Shown one piece after another: positions 1 through 7,568 of a stretch of 16,670 bases of DNA. The notes beneath the pieces are model-generated. The model was not told the DNA's origin, ran no database searches, and worked only from the letters and a program-made list of their open reading frames with translations. The number at the start of each line of letters is the position of its first letter. Position 1 is the stretch's first letter. The position numbers and the translations under genes were made by a program. The DNA is from Candidatus Velthaea sp. (GTDB taxonomy: Bacteria > Vulcanimicrobiota > Vulcanimicrobiia > Vulcanimicrobiales > Vulcanimicrobiaceae), in NCBI GenBank assembly GCA_050012475.1, contig JBEKHC010000104.1:1-16670 (forward strand). The letters run 5' to 3'.

Positions 1-1
1 G

Positions 2-991
2 ATGCAGCGGATGGGCCCAGCCGAATGGGCGTCACTTTCGACCCTCTCCATTCTGTGGGGAGGCTCGTTCTTTGTTTTCAAGCTTTTGGTCGATGCGGAT
101 CTGCCCCCGTTTACAATCGTCCTCGGTCGCGTTGGTATGGCCGCCATTGCCCTCTTAGCGTTTGTGTACCTAAGCGGACGGCGGATGCCCACCTCACCAA
201 CAATCTGGCTCGCCTTCCTAGTGATGGGGCTGCTGAACAACGCCATTCCGTTCTCGCTCATCGTTTTCGGTGAAACCCAGATCGCGAGTGGGCTCGCATC
301 GATCTTCAACGCCATGACGCCGATCTGCACAGTGCTGTTAGCGCACTTCCTGACCGACGAACGATTGACGCCAGGTAAAGCGACGGGCGTGTTTCTTGGT
401 ATCGTGGGCGTCGCCGTTCTTATAGGCCCGAGTGCAGTCGCGAGCTTCAACCTCACGAATACTGCGCAACTCGCATGCCTCGGGGCGGCCTTTATCTACG
501 GCTGTGCTGGCATCTACGGCCGGCGCTTTCGTCAAATGGGCGTGGACCCGATCGTTACGGCAACCGGGCAAGTCTGCGGCTCCACGATCGTCCTTCTACC
601 TCTAGCTGCCGCCGTCGACCACCCGTGGGCGCTGGCTCCGATTACCGTAAGCACCGTCGTGGCTTGGGTCGCTCTAGCCGTCTTGAGCACGGCACTCGCT
701 TACGTTATCTATTTTCGCATCCTCGCGTTGGCTGGTGCTACGAACCTGCTGCTGGTAACTTTCCTCATTCCGGTCAGTGCGCTGCTGCTGGGCCGGTTCG
801 TTCTTGGCGAACATCTCGTCCGGTCCAGTTTTGTTGGCATGGCGTTCATTTTCGCCGGGCTCGTTGCCATCGACGGACGACCAACGGGCGTTTTAAAAAA
901 ATGGCTGACCAAGGATCCGATGGAGGGCGTACCGAGCGGTAAGGAGACAGCGGCATATCTGGCCGCCGGTGAAGGACCGCGCCGACAGTGA
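2..991 (+). CDS. EamA/DMT (drug/metabolite transporter) family permease
   Basis: 329-aa ORF with about 10 hydrophobic segments in two EamA-like repeats (LWGGSF..., N..PF.LI..G...I.SGLASI.NA.TP, L..E.L; second half STALAY..YFR.L...GA....VTFLIPV.A..LG...LGE). Lower GC than the neighbours. The start could be ATG 2 or ATG 11. Confidence 0.9.
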   Translation: MQRMGPAEWASLSTLSILWGGSFFVFKLLVDADLPPFTIVLGRVGMAAIALLAFVYLSGRRMPTSPTIWLAFLVMGLLNNAIPFSLIVFGETQIASGLASIFNAMTPICTVLLAHFLTDERLTPGKATGVFLGIVGVAVLIGPSAVASFNLTNTAQLACLGAAFIYGCAGIYGRRFRQMGVDPIVTATGQVCGSTIVLLPLAAAVDHPWALAPITVSTVVAWVALAVLSTALAYVIYFRILALAGATNLLLVTFLIPVSALLLGRFVLGEHLVRSSFVGMAFIFAGLVAIDGRPTGVLKKWLTKDPMEGVPSGKETAAYLAAGEGPRRQ

Positions 992-1226
992 AATACGCAA
1001 TGCGGCGATCTAATCGGACGACGGTCGTTACACTTGCGAACGGCTTAGGCTAATGACTGGGACAGCCGGACTTGAAATGTGGCAACCCAAGCTGCAGCGA
1101 AAGGTGTTGACCAACGTGCTCGCGGTGGTACGCGACAGCGCCCAGCGATGGCCATAGCACAAGCCGGTCGGGGCGGAGAATGGAAGCCGGCCGTGGACCT
1201 TTAGGTGTGTACGGAAGCGCCGGATG

Positions 1227-2027
1227 TCAGTACGTGCCGAAAAGGCGGGTGTCGCCGTCGATCGCGGCGAGCGCGGCGCGCAAGCGGTCCTCGTCGACGC
1301 GGTCGATTTCGCAATAGAAGCGGTAGCTGAACGCGCTCGTGCGGCTGGGACGCGATACGAGCGAACGCAGGTTGATGTCACGGTCGGCGAAGGCGGAGAG
1401 TCCGCCGCGCAGGCTGCCGGGCACGTTGGGAAGTTCGAGAGCGACGCAGGCCCGGCCGAGCGCCCGGCGAGCGGTGCCTTCGCGCTGCAGCAAATAGAAG
1501 CGAGTGAAGTTGTCGTCGTCGTCCTGCACCGCGGCGCGCAGAATTTGCGCGCCGTAGCGCTGCGCAGCGAAGGCCGAGGCGATCGCCGCGATTGTGCGGT
1601 CGCCGCCCGAGACCACTTGGGCGACGGCGGCGGCCGTATCGTCGACGACGATGCGGCGCCAGCGGGGATGTTCGGCGAAGAGCCGGCGCACTTGTTCGAG
1701 CGCGACCGGATGCGAGCGCACCTCGACGATGTCGTCGATCCGCGCGTCGAGCGTGCCGATCAGATTTTGCACGACCGGGAAAACGATCTCGTCGACGATG
1801 CGCAGCGCCGGGTAGTCCCAGAGCAAATCGTACGAACGTGAGATCGCGCCGTAGATCGAGTTCTCGACGGGCAGCAGCGCGTAGTCGATGTCGCCCCGGT
1901 CCACGCCGGCGACGAGCTCGTCGAAGGTTGGATAGCCGCGCGTCTGCGCTTGCGCAACCAGCAGATGCGCCGCTTCATCGCTGAACGCGCCGGGTTCGCC
2001 TTGGAAGCCGACGGACACCAGCGTCAT
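1227..2027 (-). CDS. pheA: Prephenate dehydratase (PDT domain plus C-terminal ACT domain)
   Basis: Motifs FQGEPGAFSDEA, LPVENSIYG, SHPVALEQ, DNFTRF and an ACT domain (PNVPGSL...F....INL...SRP...Y.FY..I). I moved the start from the track's 2141 to ATG 2027 (MTLVSVGFQG), which avoids overlap with the TPR gene. Confidence 0.92.
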   Translation of the reverse strand: MTLVSVGFQGEPGAFSDEAAHLLVAQAQTRGYPTFDELVAGVDRGDIDYALLPVENSIYGAISRSYDLLWDYPALRIVDEIVFPVVQNLIGTLDARIDDIVEVRSHPVALEQVRRLFAEHPRWRRIVVDDTAAAVAQVVSGGDRTIAAIASAFAAQRYGAQILRAAVQDDDDNFTRFYLLQREGTARRALGRACVALELPNVPGSLRGGLSAFADRDINLRSLVSRPSRTSAFSYRFYCEIDRVDEDRLRAALAAIDGDTRLFGTY

Positions 2028-2046
2028 ACGGGTGCGTCCGCGAGCT

Positions 2047-2817
2047 TCACCGCGCGAGCTCTTTGATTGCCGTCTGGGCGTCGGCGGCGTGCGGATCTGT
2101 GGGTGCGGCTTTGAGAAACGCGCGGTACGCGACGATCGCATCGCTGCGGCGCCCCATCGAGCCCAAGATGATCCCGCGATTGAAGAGCGCTTGCGGGAAG
2201 TTCGGACGCTCGCCGAGCACGCGATCGACTTCGCTCAACGCTTCGAGGTCGTGGCCGCTCGCGTGCAGCGCCGCGGCTTCATCGTTGCGCACTTCGGGAT
2301 TGGTGGGGTCCAGGCTCAGCGCGCTCTTGTAATAGCCGGCGGCTTGATCGTACTTCGATGCATCGAAATAGAGGTTGCCGAGTTCCACCAGCGCGGCGAT
2401 GTCGCGCGGGTTTTTCGCCACGCGCGCCTTGAGTTGGCTCAAGATCTGCATGACCGGTGCGGGCGGCCCACCGCCGCCGGTCGCGTTTCCGGGCGGCAAG
2501 GCATCCGGCCCGTTCGCCGGCCCGGGTGCGGATCCGCCCGCAGCGCCCGAGCTCACGGGCGGGTTGCCGGCGATGGGCCCGGTTCCGCTCTGCGGGATAT
2601 CGACCGTTCCGGGCGGATCGGTTGGGGCCGATTCCGGAACGGGCGTGGCCGCGATCCGCGCGTCGCCCTGTTCGTGGGCGCGCGCTTGCGGTCCGAACGC
2701 CGCGCCGGTCGTCCCGAAACCGATGCGCAAGAAGTAGCCCATGATCCCTAAAAACACGACGGCGAAGACGAGCACGATCGGGACGACGATTTTCGGCGGT
2801 AAACCCACGTTTACCAT
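2047..2817 (-). CDS. Membrane-anchored tetratricopeptide-repeat protein (N-terminal TM helix, Pro/Gly-rich linker, 3-4 TPRs)
   Basis: Hydrophobic IVVPIVLVFAVVFLGIMGYFL, a low-complexity P/G/A linker, then TPR patterns (ALVELGNLYF...YDQAAGYYKSALSLDP; ALFNRGIIL...DAIVAYRAFLKAAP). GGAAGG lies 5 nt upstream of the ATG. Confidence 0.85.
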   Translation of the reverse strand: MVNVGLPPKIVVPIVLVFAVVFLGIMGYFLRIGFGTTGAAFGPQARAHEQGDARIAATPVPESAPTDPPGTVDIPQSGTGPIAGNPPVSSGAAGGSAPGPANGPDALPPGNATGGGGPPAPVMQILSQLKARVAKNPRDIAALVELGNLYFDASKYDQAAGYYKSALSLDPTNPEVRNDEAAALHASGHDLEALSEVDRVLGERPNFPQALFNRGIILGSMGRRSDAIVAYRAFLKAAPTDPHAADAQTAIKELAR

Positions 2818-2909
2818 CTACGCCTTCCAGGCGAGTGTTCTTGCACGCCGGACACGAGGATCGCGGTTCGCCGGATTCGGGGCACCTCGGCGTCGAATGA
2901 ACCTTTCCG

Positions 2910-3425
2910 ATGCTGCCAGACGTCGCGGAACTCCAACTGCTGTTCGCGCAGTTGAACTACATGCACTTCGACGGTGAGATTCCGACCTATCGCATTGCCT
3001 ACAACGCGCGCTTCGCCAATCTCGCCGGGCGCATCACCTACAAGCCGCCGACCATCGAGCTTTCGCCCAAGCATCTCAAGGGAAAACCGGACGAGCTGCG
3101 CGAGACGCTGCTGCACGAAATGATCCACGCTTGGCTGCACGCGAAAGGCCAGAACCCCGGCCACACGGCGGCCTTCAAGAAGAAGATGCGCGAGCTGGGT
3201 CTGCGCTCGATCTATCACGATCTCGGCACCGCGAAGCCGTTCAACGAGAGCGCCAAGCGCTACATCTTGCGCTGCGAAAAGTGCGCGATGGAAGTCTTGC
3301 GCAAACGCAAGCCGCCGGCCCACATCATGTGCGCGCGCTGCCGCAAATCGCTCTTGGTCTTCGAGGTGGTCGAGTTGCGCGAGATCACCCCGGCGAAAGC
3401 GGCGTTACGCGTGCCGCAGGGCTAA
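2910..3425 (+). CDS. SprT-like zinc metalloprotease with C-terminal zinc ribbon
   Basis: AGR...IELS, TLLHEMIH (HExxH, 3114-3128), GHTAAFK (third His ligand) and a C-terminal CEKC...CARC. This is the typical bacterial SprT-like architecture. The 3' end overlaps the convergent TauE gene by 21 nt. Confidence 0.88.
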   Translation: MLPDVAELQLLFAQLNYMHFDGEIPTYRIAYNARFANLAGRITYKPPTIELSPKHLKGKPDELRETLLHEMIHAWLHAKGQNPGHTAAFKKKMRELGLRSIYHDLGTAKPFNESAKRYILRCEKCAMEVLRKRKPPAHIMCARCRKSLLVFEVVELREITPAKAALRVPQG

Positions 3426-4220
3426 CCCCAAGGCGGCGGCGACGAGTCCGTAGGCAAGCAAGGTGATGAGCCGCGGCGAGGACACGCGCTGCGCGACGGC
3501 CGGAGCGAGCGCGCCGCCGGTGAGGCCGCCGATGACCAGCGGCACGGCGGCAGCCCAGTCGATGTCGCCGGCCACCGCGTGCGCGATCACGCCGACGGGC
3601 GCGGTCAAAGCGACGATCACCGACGTCGTCGCGGCGACGACGTGCGGCGGCATCCGGGCGGCGATCAAAAAGACCGGGATCATCACGATCCCGCCGCCGA
3701 TCCCGAACATGCTCGAGAGCACGCCGAGCACCACGCCGCAGGGAATCGCGACCGCGGGCCGATGAGCGAAAGTGCGCTCGCCCTCGGCGCGCGATTCGAC
3801 CGAGCGCCGCCGAATCACCAGCACGGCGAGCGCGACGAGCATCAGCGCATAGACGACGTCGAACCAGGTCGCGTTGACGTATTTGACGGCCAGGACGCCG
3901 GCGATGCTGCCGGGAACGGCGCCCAGCGCCAGCGGGGTCGCAAGCGTGAGATCGACGCGTTTGCGCTGCAAGTACCCGACGGCGGAGCTGGCGACGTTGG
4001 CGAGCACGAAAACGAGCGACGTGCCGGCCACGGTCATCGGAGCGATCCCCAGCGCAATGCGCAGCACGGGCACGATCACAAAGCCGCCGCCCAAACCTAC
4101 CAGCGATCCGAAGATGCTCGCTGCGGCACCAATGACAAAGAGTTCGGCGAAGAGCGCCGTTGGGCTAACTTTGCACGCGGCCGATGTAGCGGCGGTCGCG
4201 TGTATCGATCTTGATGACAT
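3405..4220 (-). CDS. TauE/SafE (TSUP, sulfite exporter) family membrane protein; start uncertain
   Basis: Two repeats of the signature GSLVGLGGG..IVP / SSMFGIGGG..MIP, plus A.GTSL/AATTS motifs and about 8 TM helices. The only ATG upstream of TM1 lies inside the efp 3' end. Confidence 0.85.
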   Translation of the reverse strand: MSSRSIHATAATSAACKVSPTALFAELFVIGAAASIFGSLVGLGGGFVIVPVLRIALGIAPMTVAGTSLVFVLANVASSAVGYLQRKRVDLTLATPLALGAVPGSIAGVLAVKYVNATWFDVVYALMLVALAVLVIRRRSVESRAEGERTFAHRPAVAIPCGVVLGVLSSMFGIGGGIVMIPVFLIAARMPPHVVAATTSVIVALTAPVGVIAHAVAGDIDWAAAVPLVIGGLTGGALAPAVAQRVSSPRLITLLAYGLVAAALGLALRHA

Positions 4221-4728
4221 CGCCCGGATTCACGAACAGCGGGACTTGCACCGTCGCACCGGTTTCGAGCTTCGCGGGTTTCGTCGTGCCGGTCGCGGTA
4301 TCGCCCTTGAACCCCGGGTCCGTGTCTTCGACGCGCAATTCGACATGGGCGGGGAGGTCCGCTCCGATCGGAATCCCATCGTGAAACTGGACCGCGATGC
4401 GCATTCCGTCCTTGAGAAAATCGGCCGGGTCGCCGATGATCTCGCGTTGCAGGGTGAAGTTCTCGTACGACTCGCTATCCATGAAATGATAGCCCTCGTC
4501 GTCGTTGTAGAGCATCGCCATGTCGCGGTTGTCGACTGTTGCGCGTTCGAGCTTTTCGCCGGCGCGGAACGTGCGCTCGACGGTGGCTCCGGTCTTGACG
4601 TTCTTCAAACGGGTTCGGACGAACGCCGAGCCCTTACCCGGTTTGACGTGCAGGAACTCAATGACGGTCCAGAGTTGTCCGTCAATGACGATCGTAACGC
4701 CATTGCGGAAATCATTCGACGAAATCAT
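4165..4728 (-). CDS. efp: Translation elongation factor P
   Basis: MISSNDFRNG, HVKPGKGSAFVRTRL (Lys32 loop), FMD.ESYE, PGFKGDTA, KPAKLETG, VQVPLFV..GD.IKIDTR...Y..R. 187 aa. Confidence 0.98.
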   Translation of the reverse strand: MISSNDFRNGVTIVIDGQLWTVIEFLHVKPGKGSAFVRTRLKNVKTGATVERTFRAGEKLERATVDNRDMAMLYNDDEGYHFMDSESYENFTLQREIIGDPADFLKDGMRIAVQFHDGIPIGADLPAHVELRVEDTDPGFKGDTATGTTKPAKLETGATVQVPLFVNPGDVIKIDTRDRRYIGRVQS

Positions 4729-4768
4729 GCTTCGCGCGCTTTACGGCGCTTGGAATCAGAGTTCTTTT

Positions 4769-4792
4769 AAAAGCCCGGCAGGAGACGGCCGG
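4769..4792 (-). terminator. Possible weak intrinsic terminator after the MCP gene
   Basis: On the minus strand CCGGC-(8 nt loop)-GCCGG is followed by GCTTTT, just downstream of the MCP stop. Both the stem and the U-tract are short. Confidence 0.25.
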
Positions 4793-4794
4793 TA

Positions 4795-6870
4795 TCAGCG
4801 TCCGGCAGCGACGGGCGCGACGCGGACCGCTGCAGGCCGGGCGGCCGCCGGCCGGGGTTCGTCGTCGACCACGAATTGCCGGACCAAGCATTGCAAGCCT
4901 TCGGCTTGATCGCGCAAAGCCGCGGCCGTGGCGTCGATCTCTTGGACCGCCGAGGCGAGGTCGGCCGTGGAGCGTGCCGCTTGCTGCGCAGCCGTCGATT
5001 GCTCCTTCGCCGTCATCGCCACCGGCACGATCGCTGCGGTGACGAAGTTGGTGGTCGAGCGCATCTCGCTGGCGGCGGTCGCGTTCTCCTCGACTGCGGC
5101 TGATTCGCTGGCCAAGTTCTCGGTGACGTAGGTCGAGGCTTCGCGCATCTCCCGCGCATGTTCGGCGAGCTCTTCGGCGACCGTCGTGGTCGTTTGGATG
5201 GCCGAGCCGACGCGATCGAGCGAGCACGCCGCGCGTTCCGCCACGGCCAGTCCGGAGTCCATCGATGCGCTCGAGCTGCGCATCGCCTCGGCTGCATTGA
5301 GCGTTTCGCGCCGAATCGAGGAGAGAATCTCGGAAATCTCTCGCGTTGCCGAGGAGCTGCGCTCGGCGAGTTTGCGGACCTCGTCGGAGACCACGGCGAA
5401 GCCGCGGCCGTGTTCGCCCGCGCGCGCCGCTTCGATGGCGGCGTTGAGCGCGAGCAGATTCGTTTGGTCGGCGATCTCTTCGATGACGGCGACGATGTTT
5501 TCGACCTGCGCCGAACGCTGTTCGAGCGTGTCCATCGCGCGCCCGGCACGCTCGGATACCTCGCGCAAGGTACGCATCGCCGCCTGCGTCTCTCCGACCG
5601 CCGTGCGCCCGCACAGCGCCTCGTCCGAGGCCTCACGCGCCGATCCGGCCAAGGCGGCGCCGTGTGCCGAAAGGGTCGCGATGCCGCTGTCGAGCCGCTC
5701 GAGCGCCTCGGTTGTCGCGGCGATGGCTTGGGCCTGGCTCACGGCCACGTCGGCGATCTGATCGGCAGTCCGCGAGAGTTCCTCGATCGCCACGCTGGTG
5801 TCGCCAAGCTTTTGGGCCTGGTCGTTGGCGCCGGTGGCGACCAAATCGACGGCGCCGGTAATCGCATCGACGGCGATCGTTGATTGCTTGGCCGAAGCGG
5901 ACGTACGGTCGCTCGAATCGGCCAGCAGGTTCGAGGCGGTGATGACATCGCCGATGAGTTCGCGGAGCTTGCTCAGGCCCGCCGTGAGTTCCACTCCCGT
6001 TTTGGTCAGACCCGAAACGAGCGCATCATAGGAGCGGGCGACATCCGCGATCTCATCGCGGCCGGCGTCGCCGAGCGGCGTCCGCCGCGAGGTGAACGAC
6101 GCACGCAGGTCGCCCGCCGCGAGCCGCACGAGCGCAGCCGAAAGTTGGCTGAAGTCTTCGTCGACCATCTGCGCCAGCGCACCCGCCACCCGGCCCAGCC
6201 GTTTGGACATGCGCCGCGAGACGAAGCCCGTGAGCAGCCCGGTGCCGACGATCGTTAGAAAACATGCTCCCAGCATGAGCGCGTTGAGTCGAGCCAAGGT
6301 CGCGTCAAAGGCCGTGTCCGCGCTCGCCGCGGCGTCGGTCGCCGCGGCGGTGACGGCGGCGATCGCCGGATCGAGCGCCGCCTGCGCCGCGTAAAGCTTG
6401 CGAAATTCGTCGGCCACCGGTGCATAGCGGCCGGTTTTGTAGCCTTTGAGGTAATAGCCCATGACCGCGTCGCGATCCGCACGCGTCGCCGCGGTGATCC
6501 CCGCGCAGCTGGAGCTTGCTTCGTCGACGAGCGCGGCCAGCTGCTCGATCCCGCTGGCGGCCGCGGGCAGCAGCGCCGCCTGGGAAACCAGAGCGGCAAC
6601 GTCGATCTGCGCTGAAGCGAGGGCCGCGAGCCGCTCGGATTCGTACTTCGGTTTGAGCGTCAAGACGTAGCCGCGCGTCGCGAAGCGGATTTCCATGACC
6701 TTGGCTGCGATGTCGTGCGCATCGGCCCGCAAGCCGGCTTTGGCGGCCAGCTCGGCTTTCGCGGCGTGGAGCTGGGCGAAACCGATCGAAACCGCGCCCG
6801 CTACCAGCAGCAGCGCCGCGATCGGGACCGCAAAAGCCGCTGCCAATTGAGCCGCCAAAGGTTTCCTCAT
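4795..6870 (-). CDS. Methyl-accepting chemotaxis protein (TM1, helical sensor, TM2, HAMP, long signalling domain)
   Basis: Hairpin tip [40 protein letters not shown], two TM helices, HAMP motifs LAAGDL and RDEIADV. Start placed at ATG 6870 (MRKPLAAQL..., just before TM1); ATG 6912 is an alternative. The track's start at 7176 overlaps plsY. Confidence 0.93.
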   Translation of the reverse strand: MRKPLAAQLAAAFAVPIAALLLVAGAVSIGFAQLHAAKAELAAKAGLRADAHDIAAKVMEIRFATRGYVLTLKPKYESERLAALASAQIDVAALVSQAALLPAAASGIEQLAALVDEASSSCAGITAATRADRDAVMGYYLKGYKTGRYAPVADEFRKLYAAQAALDPAIAAVTAAATDAAASADTAFDATLARLNALMLGACFLTIVGTGLLTGFVSRRMSKRLGRVAGALAQMVDEDFSQLSAALVRLAAGDLRASFTSRRTPLGDAGRDEIADVARSYDALVSGLTKTGVELTAGLSKLRELIGDVITASNLLADSSDRTSASAKQSTIAVDAITGAVDLVATGANDQAQKLGDTSVAIEELSRTADQIADVAVSQAQAIAATTEALERLDSGIATLSAHGAALAGSAREASDEALCGRTAVGETQAAMRTLREVSERAGRAMDTLEQRSAQVENIVAVIEEIADQTNLLALNAAIEAARAGEHGRGFAVVSDEVRKLAERSSSATREISEILSSIRRETLNAAEAMRSSSASMDSGLAVAERAACSLDRVGSAIQTTTTVAEELAEHAREMREASTYVTENLASESAAVEENATAASEMRSTTNFVTAAIVPVAMTAKEQSTAAQQAARSTADLASAVQEIDATAAALRDQAEGLQCLVRQFVVDDEPRPAAARPAAVRVAPVAAGR

Positions 6871-6880
6871 GATTTCTATT

Positions 6881-6908
6881 TGCTCGGCAGGAAGGGGTCG
6901 CGCCGTTA
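6881..6908 (-). promoter_or_regulatory. Candidate sigma-28 (FliA/SigD-type) promoter for the MCP gene
   Basis: Minus strand reads TAAC-N16-GCCGAGCA against the consensus TAAA-N15-GCCGATAA, directly upstream of a chemoreceptor gene. The spacer is one base longer than canonical. Confidence 0.3.
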
Positions 6909-6938
6909 GCATGTTTCTTTGCCGCGGGTGATCGACGG

Positions 6939-7568
6939 CTAACGCGTTTCCCCTCGATTTTGGGAGGTTTTCCGGCCGAACGAAAGCGGATTTTCGGTGC
7001 CGGCGCGCAGCCGAGCCAGGTTCCCGCGATGTTTGTAAAGGATGAGCGCCGCAGAAGCGAGGCCGTAGATGAGGCCGGCGCGGCCGAGCATGAACCAAAG
7101 TGCGAACGGCATCACGGCGCTGGCGAGCATCGAGGCAACGGAGGCGTATCCCAGGGCGATGATCGTGGCGATCCAAACCAGCGTGAAGGCGAGGCCGGCC
7201 GGCCAGCTCAGCGCCCAGATCGCGCCGTAACTCGTTGCGACCCCTTTCCCGCCCCGGCCGCCCAAAAGCGGGGAATAGCAGTGGCCGAGGACCGCCGCGA
7301 TTCCGCCCAACGCGGCGATCGCCGTCGGCGCGCCGCTGTGCGTCAGTACCGCGACGGGGATGGCGCCCTTGAGCGCATCGAGCACCAGGACGCCGGCCGC
7401 GCCTTTTTTCCCCAACGTTCGCAAGGCGTTGGCGGCACCGATGTTGCCGCTGCCCTCGGCCCGGATGTCGCGGCGGTAGAACGCCCGGCTGACCATTACG
7501 CCGAACGGGATCGACCCGATCGCGAACCCGCCGGCGACGGCCAGCGCGCCGAGAGCGGCGAGATTCAC
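6939..7568 (-). CDS. plsY: Glycerol-3-phosphate 1-O-acyltransferase PlsY
   Basis: [31 protein letters not shown]....GGKGVAT, GY.S..S, KHRGNL.RL..GTE. The GTG start directly follows the der stop. Confidence 0.96.
   Translation of the reverse strand: MNLAALGALAVAGGFAIGSIPFGVMVSRAFYRRDIRAEGSGNIGAANALRTLGKKGAAGVLVLDALKGAIPVAVLTHSGAPTAIAALGGIAAVLGHCYSPLLGGRGGKGVATSYGAIWALSWPAGLAFTLVWIATIIALGYASVASMLASAVMPFALWFMLGRAGLIYGLASAALILYKHRGNLARLRAGTENPLSFGRKTSQNRGETR

Noticed and set aside
992..1226. Riboswitch, tRNA or other ncRNA in the EamA-pheA spacer
   Set aside because: The spacer lies between convergent 3' ends, and I found no cloverleaf or known aptamer consensus by eye.
2455..2700. Pro/Gly-rich low-complexity stretch as a DNA repeat array
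   Set aside because: There is no regular nucleotide period. It is explained as the flexible linker of the TPR protein.
4620..4650. Unusual EF-P modification type
   Set aside because: The loop is the ordinary KPGKG with Lys32 and no modification enzyme gene is in the window, so nothing can be concluded.
6871..7176. N-terminal extension of the MCP ORF to 793 aa
   Set aside because: It overlaps plsY in another frame and is Arg/Pro-rich noise. TM1 follows directly after Met at 6870.
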